From Chiloscyllium plagiosum (taxonomy: Eukaryota), in NCBI RefSeq assembly GCF_004010195.1, contig NC_057718.1, forward strand, positions 69,711,213-69,775,212: a stretch of 64,000 bases of DNA, written 5' to 3'. A program made the translations under genes and the position numbers. The notes beneath the pieces were generated by a model. That model did no database searches and had not been told where the DNA came from. It saw only the letters and a list, made by a program, of their open reading frames with translations. Numbering within the stretch: position 1 is the stretch's first letter; each line of letters begins with the position of its first letter. Below are positions 26,010-40,271 of this stretch, one piece after another.

Positions 26010-28025
26010 GAAGAACGGGTGATGTGTGCTGCTGCACGTGGGACACTGTGATAAAGAAGGAAGGCATCTACAGTTCAAGACATTTTGGATCAGAGTTGAG
26101 CTGGAGTTTAAGCTACAGACATTACATCACATCAAGTTATTTGGACCCTTTCTTCCAGCAGACAGTTAAACACATTGGGTGAGGCAGGAATGGAGACCGT
26201 TTGTCTAGCATTAGAGGAGCTCACAGCCAGTAATTGTCCAAATGGTTACGCGATTCTTGCAAGCTGTATGGATGAGAGTTGGGTCTGCAGGGAGAATGAG
26301 TAATCTGACCATGGCACTGTGGTACAGGGACCCATTCAAGCAGGAAAATGAAATAGGAATGTAGAAAACAGTATAATTGGCAGGCCAGATACTGTCTCTG
26401 TAACTGCAATCAGGAGTTCTGAATGATGGGCTATGTATGTGGGAAATCATGTCTCACGAACTTGATGATTGAGTTTTAAGGAGAAATAAAACCGAGGATT
26501 GAGGGCAGAGTTGTAGATGTGATCTATATGCCTTTGGTAAGGCATTTGACAAGGTTCCCCATGGGAGATTGATTAGCAAGGTTGGATCTCATGGAATACA
26601 GGGAGAACTAGCCATTTGGACACAGAAATTGTTTGAAGGTAGAAGTCAGATGGTGGTGGTGGAGAATTGCTTTTCAGACTGGAGGCCTGTGACCAGTGCT
26701 GTGTCACCAGGAACCGTGCTGGGTTCACTACTTTTCTTTTATGTAAATGATTTGGATGTAACATGGGGGTTATGGTTAGTAAGTTTGCAGACGATACCAA
26801 AATTAGAGGTGCAGTGGAGAGGGAAGAAGATTACCTCTGAGTACAACAGGATGTTGATCAGATTGGCAAATGGACTGAGGAATGGCAGATGGAGTTTAAT
26901 TTAGATAAATGCAAAGTGCCACATTTTGGAAAAACTAATAAGAGCAGGACTTAAACTTAATGGTAAGGTCCTGTGGAGTGTTGCTGAGCAAAGTTACCTT
27001 GGAGAGCAGGTTTATAATTCCTTGAAAGTGGAGTCGCAGGTAGATAGGATAGTGAAGAAGGCATTTGTTATGCTTTTCTTTATTGGTCAATCATTGAGTA
27101 TAGCAGTTGGGAGGTCATGTTGTGGCCATACAGGACATTGGAGTAGAGTGTGGTGCTGGAAAAGCACAGCAGGTCAGGCAGCATTCGAGGAGCAGGAGAA
27201 TAGACGGTTCAGGCGAAAGCCTTTCAGGAAGAATTCCCTTCATTCCTGAAGAAGGGCTTATGCCCGAAACATCGATTCTCCTGCTCCTCGGATGCTGCCT
27301 GGCCTGCTGTGTTTTTCCAGCACCACATTTTTCAACTCTGGTACTCCAGCATCTGCAGTCCTCACTTTCTCCTTCCCTACATTTCTGCCATGCTTTTCCA
27401 GCACCACATACTCAACTCTAATCTCCAGCATCTGTAGTCCTCACTTTCACCCTGTATTGGAAACTGGTTAGGCCACTTTTGGAATTTTGCGTGCAATTCC
27501 AGTTGTCTTCCTATCGGAAGAATGTTGTGAAACCTAAAAGGGTTCAAGAGATTTACAAGGATGTTGCCAGGGTTGGGGGATTTGAGCTGTAGGGAGAGAC
27601 TGAAGAGGCTGGAACTGTTTTCCTTGGAGTGTTGGAGGCTGAGGGGTGACCTTAGAGGTTTATAAAATCATGGGAGACACGAATAGGATATATAGACAAG
27701 GTCTTTTCCCTAGGTGGTGAAGTCCAGAACTGGAGGGTATAGGTTTAGGTTGAAGAGGAGAAAGATATAAAAGGAACCGAAGGGGCAACCTTTTCACACA
27801 GAGGGTGGTGTGTGTGTATGGAATGAGCTTCCACAGGAAGTGGTGGAGGCTGGCACAATTACAACATTGAAAAGGCATCTGGATGGATATATGAATAGGA
27901 AGGGTTTAGAAGGATATGAGCCAAGTGCTGGCAAATGGGACTAGATTGGGTTGGGATATCTGGTCGGCGTGAACAGGTTGGACCGAAGGGTCTGTTTCCG
28001 TGCTGTACATCTCGATGACTGACTC
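26010..28025 (+). mobile_element. CR1 fragments (ORF1-like remnant + RT/3' end)
   Basis: FGKAFDKVPHGRL, DWRPVTS, KVESQVDRIVKKAF; 3' tail at ~28020. Confidence 0.82.
27143..27452. mobile_element. Penelope terminal repeats in inverted (foldback) plus tandem arrangement
   Basis: GCTGGAAAAGCACAGCAGG...CCTGCTGTGTTTTTCCAGC palindrome centred near 27235; hammerhead core at 27247-27273. Confidence 0.8.
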
Positions 28026-28379
28026 TAAATAGAGTCAGAAGTGGGAAGTATGGTAAAAAGGCAACTTTAATACATCATTACTTAACTGTGTGTCATATTT
28101 GTAGCAAAATAAACTAATTAATAGCACACATACAAGTCGATGGGTATGAACTTATGGCCATTTCGCAAACATGGTAACAAGGAGATCAAAGCTGGGAACT
28201 AAATCTTCAGGGGTACATTATCTCTGAAAGGGTAGGAAGGAAAGGATGTCTGGATAGCTTAATTAGTGAGAGTTAAAATAAGTTCAGCAGCAAGAAATTA
28301 TTTTGAATTATAAGATGTACTTTCCACATGGATGGAGGTTAAGAAATTACAAAGGAGTGATGATAATGGGAGGATTTGA

Positions 28380-31015
28380 CTTGATTTATTGTTATTACAA
28401 TTGCCTAAGTATCATGAAAAGCTTTGATTTAGGTGCAGTATAGGGAGGTCACAACATACAAGGATATACAGATCATAGGGTGTTTCGACAAAGCGAGGCA
28501 TACAAGGTTATGGCTGCACTGGAGTTGCACAAAAGCAAGATAAAATTTAGAATTGAAATTAGAGACGTCCATTAAGCAGTCTGATAACAGCGGGCAAGAT
28601 AATGTTCTTGAGCCTGTTGCCACCTGAGTTTAAGCTTCGGGATCTTCTGCCTGGTGGAAGAGGTTGGAAGAGAGTATAAAATTAAAGTGGGAGGGGTCTT
28701 TGGCTGCCTTTCCACAGCAATGAAAAGTGTAGATGGAGTCCAGGTTAACTTGCGTGATGATCTAGGATGTGATCACACCTTTCTGTGGTTTCTTATGTTC
28801 CTGAGCAGAGCAGTTGTTGTACCAAGTAGTGATGTACCCAGATAGAATGTTTTCTATAGTGCATCTATAAAGGTTAGTGAGGGTCCTTATGGACATGCTG
28901 AATTTCCTAAGCCTCCTGAGGAAGAAGAGGCATTGGTGTGCCTTCTTGACTGTCACATCCACACGGGAGGACCAGAGCAGAATGTTTGTTGGTGACCATC
29001 ACTCCCAAGGACTTGACCCTTGACCCTCTCCGTCTCCGCTCCACTGATGCAGATGGGGGTGTGTTCTCCTTTCTTCCTGAAGTCATTGATCAATTCTTTA
29101 ATTTTGCTGACACTATGGGAGAGATTGTTATCTTTATACCACAACATCAAGCATTCTATCTCCTTGTATTATGACTTGTCATTGTTTGATATTCAGCCTA
29201 CAGAGGTGGAGTTGTCTGCACACTTTGATGGCTTGTAACAAAATTTGGCCACACAGTCATGAATGCACAGCAGGGGATGGATCTTTGTGGGGCAATGGTT
29301 TTGAGGATTATTGCGGAGGAGATGCTGTTGTCTATCTTCACTGATTGCCATCCATGGCTCAGGAAGCTGAGGATCCAGTTGCAGAGAGCAGAGCTGAGAC
29401 ATAGGTGTCTGAGTTTGGAGATTAGTTTGGTTTGACTTATAGCTTGGTGAAGGCAGAACTGCAGTTGATAAGTAGAAGCTTGATGTAGGTATCCTTACTA
29501 TCCAGATGCTCCAGGCTTGAGTTGATGTGAGCCATGACTAATCTCTCTGAAGTATTTCATAATTATGGAGGTCAGAGCCACTGGGCAGTAATTGTTGTGG
29601 CATGTTACATGTGTTGTCTTTGGTACTGGAATGATGGTGGTCTTCTTGAAGCAGGTGGGGACTTCAGATTGTAGCAAGGAGAGGTTAAAGATGTCAGCCA
29701 ATACTGTTGCTAGTTTGTCCACGCAGGATCTGAGTGCATGGCTGACTCAAACGAGGTTCCCAGTCATTTTCCTCAGGTTCACTCGTAAGCCAATCAGTTG
29801 TCTATAGCAGTGATTGAAGGAACAAGTACATCCAGAGCTGTCAGAGCCGAGACACCATTCCACTGGAATTCTGCTCGAATTGAGCACACCAGGGAAGGAT
29901 GTGTTTTTGTCTCCTATTTTGTCATGCTTAATTTTGTATATTATTTTGTGTAGGCCTTGCCACATGTAGTTAGTTTGGGCCTTTAACTTAATCCGGTAAT
30001 ACCTCTTGGCATCTCTAATGGCTGTGCAGAGGTCATGTCTCTATTTCCTGTAAAGTTCTGAATTATCCAACACGAATGTCACTTGCATGGTCTTCAGGAG
30101 GCAATGGATTCTGAGACATCGACTCTCCTGCTCCTCAGTTGCTGCCTGACCTGCTGTGCTTTTCCAGCGCCACACTTTTTGATCTCAGCATCTGCAGTCC
30201 TCACTTCCTCCCAATGGATTTCCCAGTTCTTCCAAGGTCTCCAGTTGGGAAACATGTGGATTGACTTCTCTTGGCATGGAGTCCTGTATACACTTGCTAA
30301 TGAAGTCTGTGATGGTGGTGGAGTACTCGTCGAGGTCATCAGCTGAATTCCTGAATATGGTCCAGTCCACTGATTCCAAGCAGTTACTGAGAATCTCTTC
30401 TGCTGCCTCAAACTGGCATCATATTACTTTCTGTACTGGGTCTTCCTGTTTCAACCTCTGCTTGTAGGCTGGGAGGAGGAACACAGTGTTCTGATCTGAT
30501 TTTCTAAAGTGTGGACGGGATATGAATCAGTAGGCATCTTTGGTTGTGCAGCAATGGTCAAAGGATGATCGACCCCCTGGTATGGCAGGAGACGTGTTGA
30601 TGGCATTTTGGTAGCACTCTCTTGAAGTTGGCCTGGTTGAAGTCACCAGCCACTATGAATAAGGCCTTGGAGAATTTAGTCTCCAGTGCACTAGTAACGG
30701 TGCAAGTTTCATCCAGAGCATTCTTCACTTCACCTTCGGTAATATGTAGACTGCTGTCAGGGTGGCGGGGGGTAAACTTACGTGGCAGATAGCAGGGATG
30801 ACGTTTCACTAAGATATTCTAGGTCTGGGAAGCAGGAACTCGCGAGTTGTGTCTGAGCACCTGGCAGTGTTGATTAGGAGGCAGACTCTAATGCCCCTTG
30901 CCTTACCCGAAGACACTGCAGTCCATGTGATGTCTGGAGAAACCTTCAGCTTGCAAGGCACAGTCAGGTGTAGAAGGAGTGAGCCATATCTCTCCTAGCA
31001 GAGTGCGCAGCAGTC
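28380..31015 (-). mobile_element. Rex1/Babar LINE (endonuclease + RT), decayed
   Basis: IVAGDFNQAN, DIFNLSLLQSEVPTCFKKTTIIPVPK, KKAHQCLFFLRRLRKF, LYRCTIENILSG. Penelope end at ~30110-30210 with CAATGGATT TSD. Confidence 0.85.
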
Positions 31016-31019
31016 TCGC

Positions 31020-31578
31020 AGATTTGGATGTGGGTTTGCTCGCTGAGCTGGAAGGTTCATTTCCAGACATTTTGTTACCCTACTAGGTAACAACTTCAGT
31101 GGGCCTCAGATGAAGCAATGCTGAAAATTCTTGCTTTCTATTTGTTTGGGTTGGCGATGTCACTTCCTGTGGTGACATCACTTCCAGTTCTCTTTCTCAG
31201 GGGTGGTAGATGGGGTCTAACACGGTTGGAATGCCATGCTTCTAGGAATTCTCGTGCGTGTCTTTGTTTGGCTTATCCTAGAATGGGTGTGTTGTCCCAG
31301 TCGAAGTGGTGTCCTTCCTCATTCGTAAGTGAGGATACTAGTGAGAGGGTCATGTCTTTTTGTGGCTAGTTGGTGTTCATGTATCCTGGTGGCTAGTTTT
31401 CTGCCTGTTTGTCCAATGTAGTGTTTGTTACGGTCCTTGCACAGTATTTTGTAAATGATGTTAGTTTTGCTCATTGTCTGTATAGGATCCTTCAAGTTCA
31501 TTAGCTGCTGTTTTAGTGTGTTGGTGGGTTTATGGGCTACCATGATGCCAAGGGGTCTGAGTAGTCTGGCAGTTATCA
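31020..31578 (-). mobile_element. Penelope-like GIY-YIG 3' part
   Basis: NIIYKILCKDRNKHYIGQTGRKLATRIHEH. Confidence 0.88.
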
Positions 31579-31584
31579 GACCAG

Positions 31585-34500
31585 ATGCATTTAAAAGGCA
31601 TCTGGATGGGTACATGAATAGGAAGGGTTTAGAGGGATATCAGCCAAGCACTGGCAAATGGGACTAGATTAATTTAGGCTATCTGGCCAGCACGGATGAG
31701 TCAGACTAAAGGGTCTGTTTCCATGATGTACATCTGTGATTCTATGGCCCTTAGCCTTGTATGCTTTGGCAACACAAGAGGACATCTAAATATTTCTGAA
31801 ACGTGGTGAGATCTACCTCTACCACTCTTATAGGCAATGAGTTGTAGATTCCCACAAGCCTCTGGGTTAAATTGTTTTTCCTCATATCCTCTGACTCCCC
31901 TAGCCCTTACCTTTAATCTCTGCCCTGATCATGGATCCTGCCAAAGGAAAAGGTTTTTTCCTCTCTTCCCTCTATATGCCCATTCTCTTCTACATCTCGA
32001 TTATGCCCCCCCCCCCCCCTCCCCCCCTCATTTTCCTCTGTTCTCAGGAAAATAGTCCTATCTATCCAATCCCTTTCATAACTAAAGCTCCCTAGCCCAG
32101 GCAACATCCTGGCAAATCTCCTCTGGACCATCTCCAGTGTAATCACATCCCTCCTTTAATGTGGATTCCAGAATTGCACAGAACACTCTAGCTGTGGTCT
32201 AACCAATGTTTTATACAGTTCCAGCATAACCTCCCTAGTCTTTAACTCTATGCCTCAGATAATAAAGGCAAGTTGGTTGTGGTTCAGCAGTAACGTCTCT
32301 AGTCCCAGATTCAAAGCAAAAGAGAAAATGCTGGAAAATCTCAGCAGGTCTGGCAGCATCTGTAAAGAGAGAAAAGAGCTGATGTTTCAAGTCTAACTGA
32401 CCCTTTGTCAAAGCTTTTGTCCCAGATTCAAATTCCATCTGCTCCAGACATGTGTAATAACATTTCTAAACAGGTGAATTCATAAACAAACTCCCATATG
32501 CCGCCTTACTCACTTTATCTACCAGTCTCACTACCTTAAGGGACTGTTAACATGCACAACAAGGTCCTACCCATGCATCAGGTATTCAACTACCTTGTTT
32601 GTCCTGTCCAAGTGCATCTTCTCACATTTACAGAATATTGAACATTACAGTGCAGTATAGGCCCTTTATGTTGCAGCGACCTATGGAACCAATTTCGGTT
32701 TCATCCATATGTCTATCCAATGACAATTTAAATGCCCTTGAAGTTTGCAAGTCTACTACTGTTGCAGGCAGGGTGTTCTACTCCCCTACTACTGAATAAA
32801 GAAACTACCTCTGACATCTGTCCTATATCTATCATCCCTCAATTTAAAGCCATGTCCTCTTGTACTAGCCATCACCATTCAAGGAAAAAGGCTCTCACTG
32901 TCCACCCTATCTAACTCTGTGATTACTCCATGTATCTCAAATAAGTTACCTCTCAACCTTCTTCGCTTCAATGAAAACAGCCTCAAGTCCCTCAGACCTT
33001 CCTCATTAGATCTTCCCTCCATATCAGATGATAACCTGGTAAATCTCTTCTGAACCCTTTCCATAATTTATCTGGATTGAATTTGATTTTCCATTGATCA
33101 GTCCATCTGACCAGCTGGTCAATATTCTCCTGTAATCTAAGGCTACCCTCCTCATTTACCACCATACTGTTTACCACTCAACTAATCTTTGAGTCATCTA
33201 CAAACCAACTGACTAACCTCCTTACATTCAAATTTAAATCATTTATATATAAACAAAAGCAGCACGGGTCCCAACACTGACCCTTACAATACCCCAATGG
33301 GCACAGGCTTCCACCTCAAAAAAGCCCTCTGCTTCCTGCCAGTCACCCAAATTTCCTTTGATCCCACAGAGTCTTATCTTTGCTATCAGTCTTCCCTGCA
33401 GGACCCTAGCAAAAGCTTTGCTGAAGTCCAAGTTGACTAAGTTGAATGCATTGCCCTCATCTACAAACCTGAAATATTCAGTCAAGTTGGTCAGACACTA
33501 CCTCCTTTCAACAAAAATGATGCCGACTGTTGATAATTAATGCCTGCTTCTCCAAATGCAAGCTAATTCTGTCCCTCAGATTTGCTTCCAATAGTTTCCC
33601 ACCACAGTGATAAAACTAACTGGTTTATCCCATGTTTCCTTAGAGTCAGTCATACAACATGGAAACAGACCCTTTGGTCCAACCAGTCCATGCTGAATAT
33701 AATCCCAAACTAAACTAGTCCCACCTACCTGCTTCTGGCCCATATCCCTCCAAACTTTCCCATTCATGTACTTATCCAAATGCCTTTTATAATTATATAT
33801 CCACATCCACCACTTCATCTGGAAGTTCATTCCACGCACGAACCACCCTCTGTGTAAAACTTTTGCCCCTCATGTCTTTTTTGTTTTACAACTCTCTCCT
33901 CTCGCCCCTAGTCTTGAAATCTCCCATCCTCAGGAAAAGACAACTACCACTAGCTCGGTACCTCTCACTATGTATGAAACTTCTGTCCAGCCTTTCTTTA
34001 TAACTTAAACCTTTCATACCTCTTCTGAACCCCCTCTGGCTTAACAATATCCTTTCTGTAACTGGGCAACCAGAACTGGACACTATTCCATAAGAGACCT
34101 CACCAATGTCTTGGGCAATCTCAACATGACTCCCCAACTCCTATAGTCAAAGGACTGAGCAATGAAGGCATTCTTCAGTCCTCTGGAATCTTTCCTGTAA
34201 CTAGACAGCAATCAAAATTATTGCCAGCATTTCTGATTAGTCCTTCCTTGCCTCGCACAACAGCCTGGTAAACATATCATACCAAGAGATTTATCTCATT
34301 TAACCCTACCTACCCTCTCAGAACATCTGCTAAGCTAATTTCTTTAATTATTACCTAGTTCTTTGACCAGATTGCAACACCCACATCATTGCTCTTAAGT
34401 GAATGCCAACACAAAAGATTCACAGACCCTTACCTATGTCCTCCAGCTCCACGCACAAATTATCATTTTAAAAAGCAGACTTGCCCTAGTTTATAACTTT

Positions 34501-37500
34501 GATTTCAGGCCTATTCTTGTCCTTTCCCACAACTACCTGGAATCTAAAGGAATTATGGTCACTGTCTGCAAAATGTTCTCCCACCGCTATTTCAACTACT
34601 TGCCTCGTTCGTTACATAAAATTAAGTCCAGGACAGCCCCCTCTCTTATAAGGCCTTTAATATACGGCTTTTAAAAGCTCTCCTGGATGCACTTTAAGAA
34701 TTCTGTTTACTAAAAATCTTTAATACTATTATTATCACAGTTAATGGAGAGGAAGTTGAAATCCCTCCCTATAACTACCCCATTATAACAAAGAACAAAA
34801 GAGAAGTACAGCACAAGAACAGGCCCTTTGGCCCTCCAAGCCTGTGCCAATCATCATATCCTAACTAAACTAAAAAAAACCTTCTGCCCTTATTCAGACT
34901 GTATCCCTCTATTCCCTCCCTATTCATGTAACCATCCAGATGTCTCTCAAATGTTGCCAATGTGCCTGTTTTCACCACCTCATCTGGCAGCGTATTCCAC
35001 GCTCTGTGGAAAAACGTCCCTCGCCCATCTCCCTTATACTTTCCCCTTCTCACCTTGAACTTGTGCCCCCTTGTAATTGAAACTTCAAACCTGAGGAAAA
35101 AGCCTCTGACTATCCACCCTATTTATGCCTCTCATAATTTTGTAGATCTCTATCAGGGCTCCTCTCAGCCACAGTCTTTCCAGTGAAAACAGTCCTAGAC
35201 TTTTCAACCTTTCTTCATAGCCAATACCCTTTCTCTGCACTCTCCTGAAGCTTCTATGCCCTTCTAGTAGGGTGGTGACCAAAACTGCACACAATACTCC
35301 AAATGCGGCCAAACTAGTGTTTTACATAGCTACAACACAGTTCGCCAACTCTTCTATTCCATGCCCCGGCCAATGAAGGCAAGCATGCCATAATGTCCTC
35401 TTAATCATCTTGTCCATCTGTGTTGCCACTTTTAGGGAACTGTGGACCTGCACGCCCAGATCTGTCTGTGTGTTAATGTTCCTGCCATTTACTGTATAAT
35501 TCACAACTAAACTTTATCCTCCAAAATGCATTTCCTCACTTTTATCTGTATTAAATTCTATCTGCTCTTTCTGTGCACAAGTCACCTATCTATATCTTGT
35601 TGTATCCTTTCACAATCATTCGCACTATCAACAACTCTACCAACCTTCATGTTACCTGCAAATTTACTAATCCACCATCCATATCTTCCTCCAAATAATT
35701 TAAATATACTGCAAACAGATGACCTAGGATTGATCTCTGTGGAACACTATTAGCTATGGGTCTCCATTCTGAAAAATACCCTTCCAACTCTACCCTCTGT
35801 CTTCAACAACCAAACCAGTTTTGTATCCACCTAGCCAGCCTACTCCAAATCCCATGTGATTTCGGTTTTTGTATCAATCTGCCACGTTAGACTTTGTTAA
35901 ATGCTTAAAACTCCATATAAACTACATCCACAGCCCTTCCCTCAATTATCTTTGTCAACTCTTCAAAAAATTCAATCAGATTGATGAGACAAGACCTATT
36001 ACTATTAGACTGCTCTGAAATTTGCATACATATCTGATCTTCCATTTCTTTCCGGCAGTTAGGAGGCCAATAGTACACTCCAAGTACAGCCAGCTTCACT
36101 GAGCCAGATGCATCCCTAGGCTTTCCCTGAGCTTCAACCTTGCTTTATTTTATGAATTAAATTTGGCAAAGGGACTTTTCAACTTCCTCTCAATTGGCTG
36201 CGCAGAATCATGGAGACTTTTTTCTAACCTCTTGCAGCTTCTCCAGCACAAAGCCAGCAATTTCCCATTTTCTCAACTTTCCATAATTTCTTCTGAGTTC
36301 TGACTTCTACTTTTAACTGCTAATTCCTAGACACAAGAAACTTTGCACCACATGAGGCGGTCATTTGGCCTTTGTGCCCATCTGGTCACAAGCATGACTA
36401 CACTGATCCAAATACTAAAAGACTTTCTGATTCAACCTCCCGTTCAGGCAGTGACTTCAGATTCTCACCAACCTCAGTGAAATAAAATTCTCCTCCACTC
36501 TCCTCTTGGTCTTCAACTTCATCTTTAATCTATGCTCTCTAGGTATTGACCTCTCAACTAATGTAATGTAATGTGAAGAAGGGCTTATGCCCGAAACGTC
36601 GACTCTCCTGTTCCCTGCATGCTGCCTGACCTGCTGCGCTTTTCCAGCAACACATTTCCAGCTCTGATCTCCAGCATCTGCAGACCTCACTTTCTCCTAA
36701 TGTAAAGGAAATGCCTTACTGTTGGGACCCTCAATCTTATAAACTTGTCTGATGCCTCTCAAACTTAGCCGCTCCAAAGAAAACAAGTCCAGCTTATCCA
36801 ATCTTTCCTCTTAGCTCAGACCTTGCAGCATCCTAGCAATTTTCTTCTGCACCCTCTCTAGTGTAATCATGTCCTTGCTATGATGTGGTAACCAGAACTT
36901 TATACAGTACTCCAGTTACATCTAACCAGGACTTGAACCCTGGCTTCTGACCCAAAGGTAGGGACACTACTACCATGCCACAAGACTCTAAAGTTATAGC
37001 CATTATTTTGTACAGTCCCAGCATACAGCTATCCACCTCAGTAATTACCAACTTACTAATTTTTATGTCATCCATGAACTTCTTGCTGATACCACGAACA
37101 TTTAAATCCAAATCATGAACATGCACCGCAAAGAGCAAGGGACACAGCAGCAAACACTGTGGAATCCTACTGGAACCAGACTTCCATCCACAGAAACATT
37201 CCTCTACCATCTCTGCTTCCTGCCTCAGCAAATTTGGATCCAAATGTGCAACTCTGCCTCAGTTCCCATGGGCTTTTACTTTCTTGCCCAATCTAGCAAT
37301 GTCATAAAAACTATTGATGAAGTCTATGTAGACTACATCAATTACATTACCCTCATCAACACTCAAATATCTTCTCAAAACATTCAAAAAAGGTTTTTCA
37401 ACACATTCTCTTAACAAATCCATGCTAACTATTCCCGATTAATCAGTATGTCACATGTTGAAAGAACAGTGCCCCACGTACCTCCAAATAAGCCTGTTGG

Positions 37501-37600
37501 ACTACAATCTGGTGTTGTGTGATTTTTAACTTTCAATTCTGAAACACAGAATACCATTCTAATAACTTGCCTATCACTGAGGCTCCACTGACTGGCCTTC
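31585..37600 (-). mobile_element. Stack of nested, mostly minus-strand CR1 fragments with small Penelope ends
   Basis: Repeated LDFSKAF, LRGNLFEI, LFSLERLWLRG, GVYYWPPN. Penelope-type inserts at 32316-32418 (TSD GTCCCAGATTCAAA) and 36574-36697 (TSD CTAATGTAA). Confidence 0.78.
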
Positions 37601-39750
37601 TCCATCCTGAAATTGTTCTAACAGAAGACAGCCATCCAAACTGCTTGTCCAACAATATCAGCAATCCAAAAATGAAATCTGCCTTCCCCTTCTCTCAAAC
37701 ATATTTCATTTGCTGAGAAGTCTTGTGACATATCCTGAAATGATTGAAAAAGTCAGACAAATCTCATTTGAGAGCCCTTATGGTGCAGTGGCAGGACCCT
37801 ACCTTTGAGCAATGTATAACATCTCTGAACAGGCTGATTAGAAAATATGTACAAATGTGCTTTTATTTTCTTTTAAATGTTAATGAACAGACATACATTT
37901 ATATTATTTTTCATTTTTCTTTAGGAAAATTGTCCATCTTTCAGAATCTAATTAACATACTGAAACGGGCTGATTTAGCCCTGGGAATAATCATCAAGCT
38001 TAAATTCCAACTCTTTCCAAAATAGCATGAACACACTGACTGCTTTAGTAGAATAACTGGCCAAAAGAGTCATGGAAAATAGTACTATTATTCTACTGAA
38101 CGGGTAAGTTATGTTTCATGCTTCACAGAGGATAAAGTTGCGGAACTCTATGTTGGCCACTGAGTACATTCTATTGGTCAGTTTCCATCATTCTACCAAT
38201 GATAACTTACAATGAAACAGTGGCACCTGTTACTGCAGCAGGATTAACGTATTTATTCTCAAATTCACAGGATTTTTTTTTGCGTCTCCGCTGCCCCCAA
38301 AAGAATAACAAACACACACATATTCTAATAACTGCCAAATATCATCCAAACTGCCCTGCTTGACACAGGAGCTAGTGAAGACTTCAGTAGCTTCCCAATA
38401 AGGCACGGTATGTTGGAATGTCTTTTTAAAAAATCATTTAAAGTTTTTGTGATTACACAAAATAAAACTAAACTTCTATAAAACGATAGTCTGAATATAA
38501 CAAAATATTTATCAGGAACTCGTACACAATACATAAATCACAATAAGTTTATATCAAGAAGGTTTAAATAACTCGAAAACAAATCTCACATTCAATAAAT
38601 TCAAAAAATGGATTCAAAGTCTGTCTGTCGGTATGGAATAGACATAGGTATGTGGACTGGTATCACGGATTGGAAAGTTTACATTAAACGCCATGAGCTG
38701 GTGTCGATAAAACATGGAGCTGGAGAAGCACAGTAGCTCAGACAGCATCCCGCTCCGCTGAAGCTGTTTAACCTGCTGTGCTTCTATAGCACCACATTTT
38801 ATCGACTCTGACTTCCAGCAGCTGCGGTCCTTAATATCGCCAAACTATGTGCCGGTGACTCCTCTTAACGCTCAGCTAGGATTCTTGCACTAAATTTAAA
38901 ACTAAATCGCTGCTAGAAATTTACAGACGATAATAATTTGGATGCCAACGGACCCAGCAACATTATATTAAAATCGTAAAACAAAATTGGCTTTGGCTCT
39001 GCTCGTCACAGTCACTCGAACTAAACTGAACTAAAAGAAATGCAGAGTTCCACAATGACTGAAGACGGAAAACTGAATCGAAAGAATTTCCAGCAAATTT
39101 CCAGACGTTTTCAATATCACTTGCCAAATGCAGGACTGCCCGAGCACCGCTCATCCGAAGACGTTTTAGAATGAAACGAAAAACCTGAGAATTGCAGACT
39201 AGCATGGTGGGCGGCCGGGTGATTGAAGAAATTAATTTAAAAAAACCTTGAGACAAAATGTTTCTCAGAATGACATTTAAAACTATTGTCAACTTATGCG
39301 GCTTTAAAAACGGTTTTAATGTGGCAAATACTCTGCTTTGATTACAAGTTCAAAGTTAATCCGAAATTGATTTTTTTTAAATGATTAAAACTCTCGGAAT
39401 TACAGAGGCTAAAGTAGTGCTAGTGGCAAGACAACAATTTAAACCAAAAGAAGTCCGCTCAGCACACCACACTTAAACTGATGTCAACTGTTGTGACTAC
39501 TTTGCGTTAAAACTCGGCCCGTGAGGAGAAAATGCCTCTGACTAATCAATCACTGTCTGAAAATATCATTGAATTTTTAAAAAGCGGGGTACAACTCAAA
39601 TTATTGCCCAATGAACCATATAACGTTCGTTAAAAATTAACAGAAAATGTTGTTCTTCCCGCTCATAGCTGTTTGGAAAATTAAATTACGCCTTTAAACT
39701 TTTTTTCTTAAACTCAATAGTATAAACAGAATGCCCAGCCTTCTCCCTAC

Positions 39751-39814
39751 CTCTTTGAGGTTCGACAACAAGAAGAATGATCATAAATGTGAAACAACTT
39801 GCCGCTGCGAACAT
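39751..39814 (-). CDS. Putative first coding exon (signal peptide MFAAASCFTFMIILLVVEPQR, phase-1 intron) of an unidentified secreted or membrane protein gene
   Basis: ATG at 39814, hydrophobic core, donor GAG|GTAGGG. It lies in the only repeat-poor, CpG-enriched region, just downstream of promoter motifs. Confidence 0.6.
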
Positions 39815-39959
39815 ATTTAGGTTTCTGTGCCGAAAGCAACAACTAATCCGGACTGCGTCTGCCACACTCTCTGCTCACAACCAACAGACGGTCTCAGGTA
39901 ACCAAAGGAAGACTATCCACACGCACACACTTCAATAACCTCTCCGCTTCACAGGTCCC

Positions 39960-40045
39960 AGTCATCCAAAAGCCACTATCTCCCCCTTCCGGCTGACAGT
40001 GTAAACACCACGTCTCTTAATTCCACCCCCCGCCCCCAATCCTAT
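39960..40045 (-). promoter_or_regulatory. Putative Pol II promoter
   Basis: ETS motif CCGGAAG (39986-39992), forkhead motif GTAAACA (40001-40007), GC box (40028-40036), CCAAT (40036-40040); CpGs retained over ~38600-40170. Confidence 0.5.
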
Positions 40046-40271
40046 CGATCAAATGTAATTATCCCGAAACCATAAAGATTCTTATAATGGACTTAATATG
40101 GAAGAAATAGGAGTTCTGTAATTCATAGGTACTAAAGCGAGAGTCGATTGAAGGGGGACAGTTTCCACGTAGAGGTCACTTCTGTGAGAAGGGAACTGAT
40201 GGATTGCTCACACAGCATACCTGTATAATATAAGGTTTATTTTCATACGTATCAAAATTATGTTATATATA

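Noticed and set aside
38211..38290. Possible exon 2 (GCAG|CGGAGA...CATT|GTAAGT; RRRKKKSCEFENKYVNPAAVTGATVS)
   Set aside because: Open only in phase 0, which is incompatible with the phase-1 leader exon unless the A9 run is a sequencing error or a weak internal acceptor is used. Unsupported without RNA data.
38963..39292. 109-aa ORF near the promoter
   Set aside because: No homology recognised; the phase-1 reading from the nearby acceptor hits a stop.
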